Shown in pieces: positions 63,849 through 64,000 of a stretch of DNA of 64,000 bases. The stretch spans positions 10,639,832-10,703,831 of the forward strand of contig CM119264.1 of the NCBI GenBank assembly GCA_051294375.1, given 5' to 3'. The first letter of the stretch is position 1. Each line of letters begins with the position of its first letter. Source of the stretch: Paraspadella gotoi (Eukaryota; Animalia; Chaetognatha). The translations under genes and the position numbers were made by a program. The notes beneath the pieces were generated by a model that was given only the letters and a program-made list of their open reading frames with translations, did no database searches and was not told where the DNA came from.

Positions 63849-64000
63849 CTGGAGACGCGCAAATGGATGTTTAATGTTTATAGACAGACAAACTAATCCA
63901 CCGAAAACGGATGAAGGAACCGACGGAAGGACGGACGGACTGACTTTGAAACGAGCTGCATCTCCCGACACATTTCCGACATGAGTTCGACGGAATCTGT

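Overview
Eukaryotic (animal-like) genomic DNA: AT-rich, gene-poor, full of (GA/CT)n and (GTC/GAC)n microsatellites and with about 15 N gaps. Most ORFs in the track (poly-RE, poly-SL, poly-S/T/D) are microsatellite artefacts. Two protein-coding genes are well supported and converge tail to tail. One is a polypyrimidine tract-binding protein (PTB/hephaestus) whose four RRMs lie in one uninterrupted ORF (53068-55422, +). The other is a 5'-incomplete five-exon minus-strand gene (63848-60380) encoding an acidic single-pass membrane protein that ends in a hemopexin-like domain, with no metalloprotease domain visible. The most interesting signal is the 5' architecture of PTB. The conserved N-terminal KRGSDE motif is missing from the big ORF but appears 20.7 kb upstream as a candidate 33-nt micro-exon enclosed in a hairpin. 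Two further phase-0 candidate start exons (MLVESK| and ATG|), a 271-nt AG-free zone and strand-biased (CT)n tracts lie just before the intronless core. Also present: a tRNA-derived SINE-like element, a Merlin-like MITE with telomere-like internal repeats, a 1.9-kb foldback-like element, a low-confidence minus-strand exon chain (17.6-10.9 kb), and a 12-kb region of triplicated blocks that looks like a noisy long-read assembly artefact. All splice models are read by eye and need RNA-seq.
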